Shown here in pieces: positions 24,278-33,854 of a stretch of 37,310 bases of DNA (positions are counted from its first letter, which is position 1; each line of letters starts with the position of its first letter). Under the pieces are notes generated by a model. That model made no database searches, had not been told where the DNA came from, and saw nothing but the letters and a program-made list of their open reading frames with translations. The stretch lies in IMG/VR virus record IMGVR_UViG_3300023283_000354, positions 1 to 37,310 of that record; one strand, 5' to 3'. A program made the position numbers and the translations under genes. Origin of the DNA: a virus (lineage: Duplodnaviria > Caudoviricetes).

Positions 24278-25857
24278 TGCCGCAGCCCGCAGCCCGACCC
24301 TCGCCGATCCTGGACGCGCACGGCCAGCCGCTGGCGCGGGCCGACACTGCCTACGAGGCGGCGTCGCGCGTGGCGCGGGGGCTGGCGGACTATCAGCCGC
24401 GCCAGGTCACCGCCGACGCGGCCCTGGCGCGCGAGCGGCCGGCCATCGCCACCCGGATCGACGACCTGATTCGCAACGATCCGGTGGCGCGGGCGGCGAT
24501 CCAGCGCGAGGTCGACGCCGTCGTTGGCGCCGGCCTGCGCCTGAGCGCCAAGCCCGACCACCGGGCATTGGGCATCGAGCGCGAGCAGGCGGAGGAGCTG
24601 GGGCGCGCCTTCGAGACCGTGTGGCGCCTGTGGGGCGAGGACCCCGGCATGTGGGCGGACGCGCAGCGGCAGTCCGACATCCATGGCCTGTTCGCGCGCG
24701 CCTACCGCTCGGAGTTCACGCACGGGGAGGCGCTGGCCATTCTGCTGCAACGGCCGCGGCGCGGCGCCCTGCTGGGCACCACGGTGCAGCTCGTGCACGT
24801 CTCGCGACTGTCGAACCCCGACCGGCCGAGGCACGACGACCGGCTGCGCGACGGCGTGGAGATCGGGCCGCATGGCGAGGCGCGCTGGTACCACATCCGG
24901 GACACGCACCCCGGCGACGACCGCCTGGCGGCGCGGCCGGGCGTGCCGCGCTGGCGGCGGATTCCGCGCGAGACCCGCCTCGCCCGGCCGATCGTGGTGC
25001 ACAGCTACGAGCCCACGGAGACCTACCAGCATCGCGGCGTGTCGCCCTTCGCGGCGGTCGTCAAGAAACTGCGGATGCTGGCACGCCACGGCGAGGCCGA
25101 GCTGGAGGCGGCGGTGGTGAACGCCATCCTGGGCGCCTTCATCACCACGCACGACCAGGCCGGCATCGCCGAGGCGCTGGGCGCGGACATCGGCATCGAG
25201 GGCTACAACAGCCTGCGGCAGGCCTACCACGAGGAGGCCAAGATCCGCCTGAACGGCGCGCGGCTGCCGGTGCTGTTCCCTGGCGAGCGCATCGAGCACG
25301 CCGGGGCGAGCCGGCCGAACACCGCCTTCGCCGAGTTCGAGGCCATGTTCCTGCGCCTGATCGCCTCCGCGCTGGGCCAGTCCTACGAGGAAATGGCGAT
25401 GGACTGGACCCAGACGACCTACAGCTCGGCGCGGGCGGCGCTCAACGAGATCTGGCGCGGGCGCAGCGCGCGGCGGGCGCGCTTCGTCAACCGCTTCGTG
25501 CTGCCGATCTACGCCGCCGTCGTCGAGGAGGCGATCGGCCGCGGCCTGGTGCGGCTGCCGGCCGGCGCGCCGCGCTTCCGCGAGGCGCGCGGCGCGTACT
25601 GCCGGGCCCGCTGGATCGGGCCGGGCCGGGGGTACGTCGACCCGGTCAAGGAGGCCCAGGGCGCGCAGGCGCGCATCGACATGATGATCTCGACCCTGGA
25701 GGACGAGGCCGCGGAGCTGGGCCGCGACTGGGAGGACATCATCGAACAGCGGGCGCGCGAGCAGGCCCGGCTGGCGGAACTTGGCCTGGAGGGCACGACG
25801 GCCGGCGCGCTGGCCGGGCTGCGGGCGCCGACGGACAGCGAGGAGAACATGGCGTGA
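24277..25857 (+). CDS. Portal protein, lambda family
   Basis: DLIRNDP, VVGAGLRL, DGVEIG, RGVSPFA, DWTQTTYSSARA, WIGPGRGYVDPVKE. Confidence 0.95.
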   Translation: MPQPAARPSPILDAHGQPLARADTAYEAASRVARGLADYQPRQVTADAALARERPAIATRIDDLIRNDPVARAAIQREVDAVVGAGLRLSAKPDHRALGIEREQAEELGRAFETVWRLWGEDPGMWADAQRQSDIHGLFARAYRSEFTHGEALAILLQRPRRGALLGTTVQLVHVSRLSNPDRPRHDDRLRDGVEIGPHGEARWYHIRDTHPGDDRLAARPGVPRWRRIPRETRLARPIVVHSYEPTETYQHRGVSPFAAVVKKLRMLARHGEAELEAAVVNAILGAFITTHDQAGIAEALGADIGIEGYNSLRQAYHEEAKIRLNGARLPVLFPGERIEHAGASRPNTAFAEFEAMFLRLIASALGQSYEEMAMDWTQTTYSSARAALNEIWRGRSARRARFVNRFVLPIYAAVVEEAIGRGLVRLPAGAPRFREARGAYCRARWIGPGRGYVDPVKEAQGAQARIDMMISTLEDEAAELGRDWEDIIEQRAREQARLAELGLEGTTAGALAGLRAPTDSEENMA

Positions 25858-27131
25858 TACCGAGACCCGAGACCTGGGCGCATCGGCCCCTGGCCCTCGA
25901 CGAGGTGCAGGCGCGAACGCTGCCCGCCGCCTGGCCGGCATCCCCGGAGGTCGAGCCGGTCGCCATGACGTCCGCCGAGGAGCGGCAAATCGCCGTCGAG
26001 GCCGTCCAGCGCATAGGCCGCGTGGCGCACGTGCCTGTGCGCGGGATGATCTTCAAGCGGCTGCCGCCGCGCGCGGCGCGTGCGGGTCTGACGGCCCAGA
26101 ACATCCTGCGCGACCAGATCGACGCGGCGCTGGCCGACGAGGACACCGACGCCGTCGTGGTGGATATCGACAGCCCCGGCGGCGTCGCCGACGGCCTGTC
26201 CGGCGTGGCCCGGCAGATCCGCACCCGGACACGACACAAGCCGATCGTCGCTTTCGTTGACGGCAACGCGCTGTCCGGCGGCTACATGCTGGCCGCTGGG
26301 ACGCAGCGGATCGTCGCGCGTCCGGAAAGCCTGGTCGGCTCGATCGGCGTGATCCCGATCCACATGGACTTCTCCCGCGCGCTGGAGAACGAGGGCATTA
26401 CAACCACGATCGTGAAGGCCGGGGCGAAAAAGGCGAACGGCAATCCGCTGGAGCCGCTCTCCAAGGAGGCGCTGGCGGACATCCGCAAGCGCGTCGATCG
26501 GCTGTACGACGACTTCGTTGGGCTGGTGGCGGAGAGTCGCGGCATCTCCGCCGCGGCGGTGCGCGCGACCGAAGCCGGCGTGCTGCCCGACGACGAGGCG
26601 CTGCCGGCCGGCCTGATCGATGAGGTCGCCACGCTGGACGACCTCTTGGAGTCCCTCAACAGAGAGATAGGAGGACGCACCGTGTCCACAGGCACGCAAG
26701 CGCCGGCCACGCCGGCCGCATCGGCCACGCCGCAGGCGCCGCCGGTGCAAACCCCATCGGTGCAGACGCCGGAAACGTCCGAGCCCGCTGCCGCCAACGA
26801 CGCCGCGCTGGCGGCGGCCCGGCGCGAGGGCGCCGAGGCCGAGCGGCAGCGCATCGAGGCCATCCTGTGCTGCGAGGCGGCGCAGGGGCGCGAGGCGACG
26901 GCGCGGCAGCTCGCCCTGACGCCCGGCATGACGGCGACGCAGGCGGGCAAGATCCTGGAATCCGTGCCGCAGGCCGCCGCGCCGCCGGCAGGCGATCCCG
27001 CCATCGTCGCCAACCTGGCCGAGGCGGCGGCGGTGCCGGACCCCGGACCGGACCCGGCGGTCGGGGCCGCGTCCGAGGACACGCCCCACGGACGGGCGCA
27101 GGCCATCATCAACGCCGGCAAGCGGGGGTAA
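25854..27131 (+). CDS. S49 prohead protease with C-terminal scaffold (lambda gpC/Nu3-like); start uncertain
   Basis: DIDSPGG, ALSGGYMLA, VGSIGV, GAKKANGNP; C-terminal AERQRIEAIL scaffold region. Confidence 0.9.
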   Translation: MIPRPETWAHRPLALDEVQARTLPAAWPASPEVEPVAMTSAEERQIAVEAVQRIGRVAHVPVRGMIFKRLPPRAARAGLTAQNILRDQIDAALADEDTDAVVVDIDSPGGVADGLSGVARQIRTRTRHKPIVAFVDGNALSGGYMLAAGTQRIVARPESLVGSIGVIPIHMDFSRALENEGITTTIVKAGAKKANGNPLEPLSKEALADIRKRVDRLYDDFVGLVAESRGISAAAVRATEAGVLPDDEALPAGLIDEVATLDDLLESLNREIGGRTVSTGTQAPATPAASATPQAPPVQTPSVQTPETSEPAAANDAALAAARREGAEAERQRIEAILCCEAAQGREATARQLALTPGMTATQAGKILESVPQAAAPPAGDPAIVANLAEAAAVPDPGPDPAVGAASEDTPHGRAQAIINAGKRG

Positions 27132-27134
27132 GCG

Positions 27135-27509
27135 ATGACGCAGCCGAGCCTCACGAGCGAGAGCTTTTCCAGCCCGCTGTACATCGCGGGCAACTATCCG
27201 GTCGTCACGCGCGAGCGCACGATCGCTGGCGAGCAGACCCTGCCGCGCGGCGCGGTGCTGGGGCGGGTGACCGCGTCGGGCGAGTACGTGCTGTCCGACG
27301 ACGGCGCGGCCGACGGCAGCGAGGTGCCGCGCGCGATCCTGGTCGACGAGGTCGACACCACGGGCGGCGCGGTGGCCATGCCGGTCTATCTGACCGGCGA
27401 GTTCAACCAGGACGCCCTGACCTTCGGCGGCAACCACGACGCGGCCAGCGCGTTCGAGCCGCTGCGCGAGGTCGGGATCTTCCTGACCCAGGTCACCAAG
27501 GTGGGCTAA
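27135..27509 (+). CDS. Head decoration protein (gpD-like)
   Basis: RGAVLG...DGSEVPRAIL...Y.TGEFNQDAL...LREVGIF. Confidence 0.88.
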   Translation: MTQPSLTSESFSSPLYIAGNYPVVTRERTIAGEQTLPRGAVLGRVTASGEYVLSDDGAADGSEVPRAILVDEVDTTGGAVAMPVYLTGEFNQDALTFGGNHDAASAFEPLREVGIFLTQVTKVG

Positions 27510-27519
27510 GGAGCGCGCA

Positions 27520-28548
27520 ATGCCCCTGGATCGCTACGCAACCGAGGTCCTGCAAGCCGTCGTCCGCGAGCTGCAGGGCAACATGTCGAGCTGGCTGCTC
27601 GACACCTTCTTTCCGTCGTCGCCGACGTTCAACACCGAGCAGGTGTCCTGGGACGTCGACCTGGGCAAGGAACGCCGGCTGGCGCCCTTCGTCTCGCCGC
27701 TGGTGGCCGGGCAGGTGCGGCGCAAGGACGGCTATCGCACCGACACCCTGACGCCGGCCTACATCAAGGAGAAGCGCACGGTCGATCCGAACCGGCCGTT
27801 CAAGCGCCTGCCGGGCGAGCCGACGGGCGGCGACCTGTCGCCGGCGGAGCGCGAGGACCGCATCCTGCGCGAGGAGCTGCAGGACGCCCTCGACGAGTGG
27901 CAGAACCGCCTAATCCACATGGCGGTCGACGTGCTGCTGGACGCCAGGATCACGATTGCCGGCGAGGGCTATCCCACCACCGAGGTGGATTTCGGCCGCG
28001 ACCCCGAACTGACGATCAGCAAGGCGTCCGGCTCGAAGTGGGGCGAGACCGGCGTCGACCCGCTGCAGGACATCGAGACCTGGGCGACGCTGGTGCAGGA
28101 CAAGTCGGGGCGCCATCCGACGCGCGTCATCATGGACCCGAAGGCCTGGCGCGTGTTCCGGGCGCAGGATTCGGTCCAGAAACTGCTGGAGACGCGCCGG
28201 GGCTCCACGTCGCGGGCCGAGACCGGGCCGGGCGCCGAGCGGGGGCCCCAGTTCAAGGGCCAGATCGGCGAGTTCGAGATCTGGGTGTTCCAGGACTGGT
28301 ACACCGACGATGCCGGAACCAACCAGTATCTGCTGCCGGATAACACGGTGATGATGCCGTCGACCGACATCGAGGGCGCGCGGCTGTTCGGCGCCATCCG
28401 GGACGCGGAGCTGGGGTATCCCGAGACCGACGTGGCGACCAAGTCCTGGATGACCCAGGACCCCGGCCAGCGCTGGGTGATGATCCAGTCGGCGCCGATG
28501 CTGGCCGTCCGGCGGCCCAACGCGAGCCTGACGGCGACCGTCGCCTAA
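27520..28548 (+). CDS. Major capsid protein, lambda gpE family
   Basis: LLDTFFP, LAPFVSP, PAYIKEK, RLPGE, VDFGR, W...DP...QSAP. Confidence 0.95.
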   Translation: MPLDRYATEVLQAVVRELQGNMSSWLLDTFFPSSPTFNTEQVSWDVDLGKERRLAPFVSPLVAGQVRRKDGYRTDTLTPAYIKEKRTVDPNRPFKRLPGEPTGGDLSPAEREDRILREELQDALDEWQNRLIHMAVDVLLDARITIAGEGYPTTEVDFGRDPELTISKASGSKWGETGVDPLQDIETWATLVQDKSGRHPTRVIMDPKAWRVFRAQDSVQKLLETRRGSTSRAETGPGAERGPQFKGQIGEFEIWVFQDWYTDDAGTNQYLLPDNTVMMPSTDIEGARLFGAIRDAELGYPETDVATKSWMTQDPGQRWVMIQSAPMLAVRRPNASLTATVA

Positions 28549-28585
28549 CGCCCGCCATCCTATTCCACACGAGCGGAGAGCGATC

Positions 28586-28966
28586 ATGGCAAAGAGCGCG
28601 AGCAAGCGCGTGGTGGCGGCCGTCACGCTGGAGATCGGCCCGCCCGGCGAGAGCCGGACGGTGCGGCCGGGCGAGGATACCGAGCTGCCGAAGGACGAGG
28701 CCGAGCGGCTGATCCGGCTGGGGCATGCCCACGAGCCGGGACGGGCGCCGCGACCGGCGACGGGGGCGCCGCGCAAGCCGGCGGGCGAGGCGCTGACGCA
28801 GGCGATCAGCGAGGCCATCCTGACGCTGGACCCGGAGAACGAGGACGCCTGGACCGGCGGCGGCAAGCCGTCGGTGCATGCCCTGTCGGCGGTGCTCGGC
28901 TACGAGGTGACGGCGGCGGAGCGCGACGCGGCCTGGGCGGCCGTGGCCCGGCAGGGCGACGGCTAA
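28586..28966 (+). CDS. Head-associated protein in the gpFI position
   Basis: EAERLIRLG.A and WTGGGKPSV.AL...VTAAERDAAW; directly after the capsid gene. Confidence 0.6.
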   Translation: MAKSASKRVVAAVTLEIGPPGESRTVRPGEDTELPKDEAERLIRLGHAHEPGRAPRPATGAPRKPAGEALTQAISEAILTLDPENEDAWTGGGKPSVHALSAVLGYEVTAAERDAAWAAVARQGDG

Positions 28967-28980
28967 ACACCCCACGACAA

Positions 28981-29028
28981 CCGAACGCGCGGAAGGGCGG
29001 TCCTGGTGGCCGCCCTTCGCGCTTTCGG
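28981..29028 (+). terminator. Long hairpin, probable terminator after the head genes
   Basis: GCGCGGAAGGGCGGTC/ctggt/GGCCGCCCTTCGCGC followed by TTT. Confidence 0.5.
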
Positions 29029-29037
29029 GCGAGGCGG

Positions 29038-29050
29038 CGAACGGCGTTCG
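29038..29050. repeat. 13-bp palindrome CGAACGGCGTTCG (intergenic copy)
   Basis: Exact copy, followed by TCGG as at 9114 and 16411. Confidence 0.8.
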
Positions 29051-29097
29051 TCGGCGCCTGGCCCGAGGGCGCGGGGTGAGACCAGGGAGGCGCGAGG

Positions 29098-29451
29098 GTG
29101 GACGCGATCGAGCAGGCGTTGGCCGACATCTTCGCCAGCGAGGATCTCACGGTGCCGGCGACCTACCGGCCGCGGGACGGCAGCGGCGATATCGCGGGGC
29201 TGCGCGTCGTGACGATGCGGCCGGAGGCGCGCTTCGACGGTCTCGGCGGGACCGGGACCTACACCGCCCAGCAGGTGGTCGAGTTCCGCGCCGCTGCGGT
29301 GGCGGCGCTGCCGCAAGGCGTGCGCGAGGGCGATTCGCTGATCCTGCGGCCCGGCGAGGCCGGAGAAGAGACCTTCGTGCTGCTGGGTCCGCACCAGCCG
29401 GACGACGACCGCCGGCTGTGGCGGGCGACCTTGGGCGAGGCCGCGTCGTGA
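29098..29451 (+). CDS. Head-tail joining protein (gpFII-like)
   Basis: Position and size; ALADIFA...ATYRP...EGD.L...DDRRLW. Confidence 0.65.
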   Translation: MDAIEQALADIFASEDLTVPATYRPRDGSGDIAGLRVVTMRPEARFDGLGGTGTYTAQQVVEFRAAAVAALPQGVREGDSLILRPGEAGEETFVLLGPHQPDDDRRLWRATLGEAAS

Positions 29452-29915
29452 CCCCGGTCGTCCAGCAGGTCCTCGACGCCGCCGAGGCGCAGCTCCGCGC
29501 CGCGCTGGAGCCGGCCGGGGTGCAGGTGTTCGCGAACCGCGCGACCCCGGTGCCGCGCGAGGCGCGGCCGGCGGTCGTGGTCACCGACGGCGACGAGGGC
29601 GCGCCGGACGGCGACGACTTCGAGCCGACGACCGCGATCGACTTCCACGCGGTCGAGATGCAGGTCTTCGGCTACGTGGCCGCCCGCGACAGCGAGATCC
29701 GCGCCGCGCGCGAGGGCCTGCGCGGCCAGGTGCTGCAGGCGCTGCTGGCCGACACCACGCTCGGCGGCCGGGCGCTCGACCTCGACATCGGCCCGACCGA
29801 GCGGGCCCTCGACGACCACGAGGGGCGCGGCGGCCTGGCCGCGTTCCTGGTGCAGGTGACGGCGGTGTTCACCACCGCCCAGGACGATCCCTTCACGGCC
29901 GATCAGGGAGGATAG
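29448..29915 (+). CDS. Tail completion/terminator protein (gpU-like)
   Basis: V.ANRATPV...PAVVV.DGDE...ALLADTTLGG.A; GTGA overlap; precedes the tail tube gene. Confidence 0.65.
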   Translation: MTPVVQQVLDAAEAQLRAALEPAGVQVFANRATPVPREARPAVVVTDGDEGAPDGDDFEPTTAIDFHAVEMQVFGYVAARDSEIRAAREGLRGQVLQALLADTTLGGRALDLDIGPTERALDDHEGRGGLAAFLVQVTAVFTTAQDDPFTADQGG

Positions 29916-29917
29916 CC

Positions 29918-30115
29918 ATGGCCGAGACCAAGGTGCCCCGGCACCGGCGGCGGACCCGGCCGCCACGCAGCCCCGAGACCCGGCGCATCGTCGGCGGCCA
30001 GCCCGTCGCGGACCCGTCCGCGCCCGCTGCCACGACAGGGGCGAGCACGCCACGCGACGCCGACAAGACGCCGGCCAAGGGCGGCGGCAAGCGCCGCGGC
30101 GGCGGATCGGCCTGA
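29918..30115 (+). CDS. Small basic hypothetical protein
   Basis: GGAGG RBS; fills the gap before the tail tube gene. Confidence 0.5.
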   Translation: MAETKVPRHRRRTRPPRSPETRRIVGGQPVADPSAPAATTGASTPRDADKTPAKGGGKRRGGGSA

Positions 30116-30160
30116 CGCCGCCCCCGGCCCATCGTCCCACGCAAGCCATAGGAGCGAGAC

Positions 30161-31573
30161 ATGGCGATCCGACCGCGCAAGGGCGCGATCCTGGCGAAGA
30201 TCCAGACCCAGGAGGGGCAGTTCGAGGCGCCCGACCCGGCCGCCGACGGCATCCTGGCGGAAATCCCCGAGCCGACGTTCAACGCCGGCACCGAGCAGAC
30301 CAACGAGATGACGCCGTCGCTGGACAGCAGCGCGCCGATCGTCGGCGGCATCCAGGTGCAGGTGCCGGTGCCGGTGTTCCTCAAGGGCGCGGGCGAGCCC
30401 GGCGTGCTGCCGGAGTACGACGCGCTGCTGCGCATCGCCAACTTCGTGCCCACGGTGACCAGCACCGACATCACCGGCACCGACATCAGCTTCGACGGCG
30501 CGAACGGCAAGATCCTGGCGGCCACGACCGACATCACGGCGCTGACGGTCGGCACCGCTTTCTGGGTCACCGGCGCCGCCACTGCCGGCAACAACAGCGA
30601 GTTCCTGGTGACCGCCACGGCCGCCGGGGAGGTCACCGTGACCAAGCCGGACGGCAGCGCGCCGCAGCTCAACAATGAGGACGCGGGCGCGGAGGTCACG
30701 CTGCGCTACGGCGTGGCGGGGGTGAGCGCGACGGGCGGCAGCGAGACGACCTTCACGGCGCAGGCGCCCTGGGCGGACAGCGACGGGCTGTACCAGGCGA
30801 TGCCGGTGCTGCTGTCCGGGAACCCGAGCACGCCGGCCTGGAACTTCCTGACCGACTACACCACGGGCCGGGTGGCCGAGCTGGCGGAGGCCCCGGGCGC
30901 GGCGCTGGACGCGAACACTGTTGCCAGCATCCCGCCGAACGTCGTCTATGCCCCGACCAGCCCGGACACCGACGCGCAGCCGCGCGCCTCGGTCGAGTTG
31001 TACTTCGACGGGCGGGTGTTCCGCCTGGTCGACTGCGTGGCCAGCCCGACCTTCACCTTCCAGGCCGCCGGGGTGGTGCGGGCGCAGTTCCAGCTCCGCG
31101 GCCTGCTGCACGAAACGACCGACGCGCCGATCCCGAGCGGCATCGCCTACGACGGCAGCAAGCCGGGGGTGTTCCGCAACGGCCGCATGACGATCAATCG
31201 CCGGAAGGCGGCGCTCAACACCTTCAGCCTGGAGACCGGCAACGAGATCGTCTTCCCCGACGATCCGAACCGCGAGGCCGGCTTTGGCGCGCCGCTGATC
31301 GTCGCGCGGAGCATGACCGGCTCGGTCGATCCGCAGATGGCCAAGACCGCCACGCGCGACCTGCTGTCGGCCTTTCGCAACGGTGCGCGGCAGCCGCTGC
31401 ACGGCCGGGCGCTGGGCGGCCAGGCGCGCTTTCCGGGCAACCGCGTGGCGCAGACGGTGCCGCGGGCGGTCTACACCGGCCACGGCTTCCAGCAGCGCAA
31501 CCAGCTCGCCGTCGAGAGCATGAACTACGCCGCCGAGGGCGACGATTCCGGCGGCTTCATCACGCTGTACTGA
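30161..31573 (+). CDS. Major tail tube protein with inserted beta-rich domains
   Basis: AGGAG RBS; position before the G/GT chaperones; Thr/Ala-rich central insertion. Confidence 0.7.
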   Translation: MAIRPRKGAILAKIQTQEGQFEAPDPAADGILAEIPEPTFNAGTEQTNEMTPSLDSSAPIVGGIQVQVPVPVFLKGAGEPGVLPEYDALLRIANFVPTVTSTDITGTDISFDGANGKILAATTDITALTVGTAFWVTGAATAGNNSEFLVTATAAGEVTVTKPDGSAPQLNNEDAGAEVTLRYGVAGVSATGGSETTFTAQAPWADSDGLYQAMPVLLSGNPSTPAWNFLTDYTTGRVAELAEAPGAALDANTVASIPPNVVYAPTSPDTDAQPRASVELYFDGRVFRLVDCVASPTFTFQAAGVVRAQFQLRGLLHETTDAPIPSGIAYDGSKPGVFRNGRMTINRRKAALNTFSLETGNEIVFPDDPNREAGFGAPLIVARSMTGSVDPQMAKTATRDLLSAFRNGARQPLHGRALGGQARFPGNRVAQTVPRAVYTGHGFQQRNQLAVESMNYAAEGDDSGGFITLY

Positions 31574-31583
31574 GGGGGACCGC

Positions 31584-32306
31584 ATGGACCTGAACCTGGG
31601 CAAGGGGCGCGCGGCGCCGCTCCCGGCGAGCGCGCGGCAGACGGTGCCGTTCACGCCGGAGCACTACCGCGAGCCGGAGGAGCACGACGCCGACGGCGCC
31701 GTCGTCCGCGAGAGCCGGATGCCGGAGACGGCGCCGGTGTACTGGCTGCGCCTGCCGAGCGACCTGCTGGACGCGCGGGTGAAGACCGCCGGGCAGCTCG
31801 AACTGCGCCAGGCGCCGCCGCGCCACCTGTATCGCCAGGCGCTGCGCGAGGGCGTCAAGGAGCTGGTGGGCGACGAGGCGCAGCGCGAGGAGGTGCTGGC
31901 GCTGCTGGACACCTGGGACCAGTACCGGCGCGGCGAGTACGAGCCCTCGGCCGAGGAGCGCGAGCGGCTGAGCGCCGAGGTGACCCACATCGAGGCGCAG
32001 ATCGCCCTGCACCACGGCCCGCTGTGGCGGCTGTACCAGATGGACGCGCAGGCGCAGGCCCAGGCGACGCAGGTGACGCTGCGCGTCTATCTGGCGGACT
32101 GGCAGAACCTCGACGGCCCTTGCGAGATCCGCGACGGCCTGGTGACGCCGCGGGCGCTGGAGCACGTGCCCACCGCCGACCGCCAGGCCATCCGACAGCG
32201 GCTGCAGGACCTCGCCAAGCTGTCGCCGGCGCAGGTAAAAAACTCCGTCTCGCCGTCCGGGTCGCCCTCGCCGGCGGCGACCTCGACGGCGACGACCTCG
32301 ACCTAG
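31584..32306 (+). CDS. Tail assembly chaperone (gpG-like)
   Basis: After the tail tube; L.DWQNL motif; ends just past the slippery site (QVKNS). Confidence 0.75.
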   Translation: MDLNLGKGRAAPLPASARQTVPFTPEHYREPEEHDADGAVVRESRMPETAPVYWLRLPSDLLDARVKTAGQLELRQAPPRHLYRQALREGVKELVGDEAQREEVLALLDTWDQYRRGEYEPSAEERERLSAEVTHIEAQIALHHGPLWRLYQMDAQAQAQATQVTLRVYLADWQNLDGPCEIRDGLVTPRALEHVPTADRQAIRQRLQDLAKLSPAQVKNSVSPSGSPSPAATSTATTST

Positions 32307-32551
32307 ACGACCCCTGGGAAATCGACGGCGAGACCTACGTGCATCCGCCGGCCTGGCACGTGGAGCCCTGGGCCTGGGACATGCTGCGCCTGTGGCGGCT
32401 GTCGCAGGGCGGCATGGCGCGGGGCTGGCTGCCCGACCCCGGCGGGACGCTGGACCAGCCCAGGGTGATGCTGGAGGCCTTCGCCGTGATGTCGGCGGTC
32501 GAGCACGAACTCACCAAGCGGGACGAGGATCGGGAGAAGGAGAAGTCGTGA
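32237..32551 (+). CDS. gpGT-like extension reached by -1 frameshift at A-AAA-AAC (32237-32243)
   Basis: X-XXY-YYZ heptamer in the G frame; the -1 frame is open to 32551 and encodes GWLPDPGGTLDQP...EAF. Confidence 0.75.
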   Translation, partial: KKLRLAVRVALAGGDLDGDDLDLDDPWEIDGETYVHPPAWHVEPWAWDMLRLWRLSQGGMARGWLPDPGGTLDQPRVMLEAFAVMSAVEHELTKRDEDREKEKS

Positions 32552-33216
32552 GGGTGCGGGTCAAGGCCGGCCGGGTCCGGCCGTTCAGGAACAAGGCGCA
32601 GGCGACCTTCGCGACGTTGACGGCGCTGGACGTCGACATCGCGGAGCGCGCGGCCACAACCACCATGGGCCGTGTCGGCAACGGCCTGAAGAACGCCCTG
32701 CGCCGCCAGGTGCGCCGGGCCGGCCTGGGCGAGGGCCTGGCGCGGGCCTGGCGCAGCAAGCGATTTCCGGACCGGCGCACCGTGTTCTCGCTGAACGCCG
32801 CGGCGATGGTCTGGTCGAAGGCCCGGCGCATTCACGACGCCTTCACCGACGGCGGGACGGTCTCCGCGCAGGGGGGCGAGTGGCTGGTCATTCCGACCGA
32901 CGCGGCCGAGGCCCTGGGGCTGGATGAAAACAAGCAGCGGACGGCCGAAGGCGCTGGCGGCGTTCGCGGCGACGCCAACGTCGCCTTGGCGGAGGCGCGC
33001 TTCGGCCGCCTGAGCTTCGTGCAGGCGCGGGCCGACAAGGCCTTCCTCATCGCCCAGGTCGACGGAACGCCGACGGTGCTGTTCACCCTGGTGAAGCGGG
33101 TCCGGATCCCCAAGCTGCTGGACCCGCCGAAGCTGTTCGACCGCTGGCAGCGCCGCATCCCGCTAATACTGGCCCGCGAGTTCGAGAAGCAGGACCGGCG
33201 GGCGGGGCGGGGATAG
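32548..33216 (+). CDS. DUF6441-like tail/neck protein (GTG start)
   Basis: LKNALRRQVRRAGLG..LA.AW, SLNAAAMVWSKA, WLVIPT, LF.LV..V.IPK.LD. Confidence 0.7.
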   Translation: MRVRVKAGRVRPFRNKAQATFATLTALDVDIAERAATTTMGRVGNGLKNALRRQVRRAGLGEGLARAWRSKRFPDRRTVFSLNAAAMVWSKARRIHDAFTDGGTVSAQGGEWLVIPTDAAEALGLDENKQRTAEGAGGVRGDANVALAEARFGRLSFVQARADKAFLIAQVDGTPTVLFTLVKRVRIPKLLDPPKLFDRWQRRIPLILAREFEKQDRRAGRG

Positions 33217-33228
33217 CGCGAGGAGCCG

Positions 33229-33576
33229 TCAGGCGCGCTCCGGCGCCAGGACGTCGATCGGCGCGCGCAGGACGCGGGCGAGCGCCCGGTAGGCCTCGAC
33301 GGAACCCGGCTTCTTGCCGTGCTCGATTTCGCTGAGATAGGCCGCGCTGAGGCCCGCCTCCTGGGCGAGTTGCCGGCCAGTCAGGCCACGATACTTCCGC
33401 CAGGCCGTGACGGGATGGTCGCCCGCGACCTCCGCCTTCACGACCTCATGGGGGATGCGGGTGCCGTCGTCCTCCTGGCGGTCGCGCAGCAGCGCCAGCG
33501 AGGCCTCCAGGTCCTCCAGGCGCTCCAACAGCTCGTCGTACTCCGTGCGGGTGATGGTCACGGTCTCCTCAGTCAT
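33229..33576 (-). CDS. HigA-like XRE antitoxin
   Basis: HPVTAWRKYRGLTGRQLAQEAGLSAAYLSEIEHGKKPGS; overlaps the toxin stop. Confidence 0.85.
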   Translation of the reverse strand: MTEETVTITRTEYDELLERLEDLEASLALLRDRQEDDGTRIPHEVVKAEVAGDHPVTAWRKYRGLTGRQLAQEAGLSAAYLSEIEHGKKPGSVEAYRALARVLRAPIDVLAPERA

Positions 33577-33829
33577 CGTAGACCTCCTTCCGGTGGCCGA
33601 CCCGATAGACCAGCATGATGTCGACCGCGTCGCCCTCGACCGTGAACAGGACGCGGTAGGCGCCGACGCGCAGGCGATAGCCTGGCTTGCCCTTGAGGGC
33701 GCGGACGTTGTTCGCCTGTGCGGCGGGGTCGGCGGCGTAGGCCTCGATCTTGGCCAGGATGCGGTTAGCGGCCGCTTTTGGCAGCGTTTTCAGGGCCTTG
33801 CGCGCCACCTTGGTGTATTCGATCCGCAT
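33569..33829 (-). CDS. RelE/HigB-family toxin
   Basis: IEYTKVARKALKTLP...LKGKPGYRLRVGAYRVLF...VGHRKEVY; GGAGG RBS. Confidence 0.9.
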   Translation of the reverse strand: MRIEYTKVARKALKTLPKAAANRILAKIEAYAADPAAQANNVRALKGKPGYRLRVGAYRVLFTVEGDAVDIMLVYRVGHRKEVYDD

Positions 33830-33854
33830 CCGCGCCTCCGCTTTCGACACGGCA

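Noticed and set aside
7325-29050. CGAAC-N3-GTTCG read as an SOS box
   Set aside because: The Gram-positive box has an N4 spacer and alphaproteobacteria use a direct repeat; most copies are inside genes, not at promoters.
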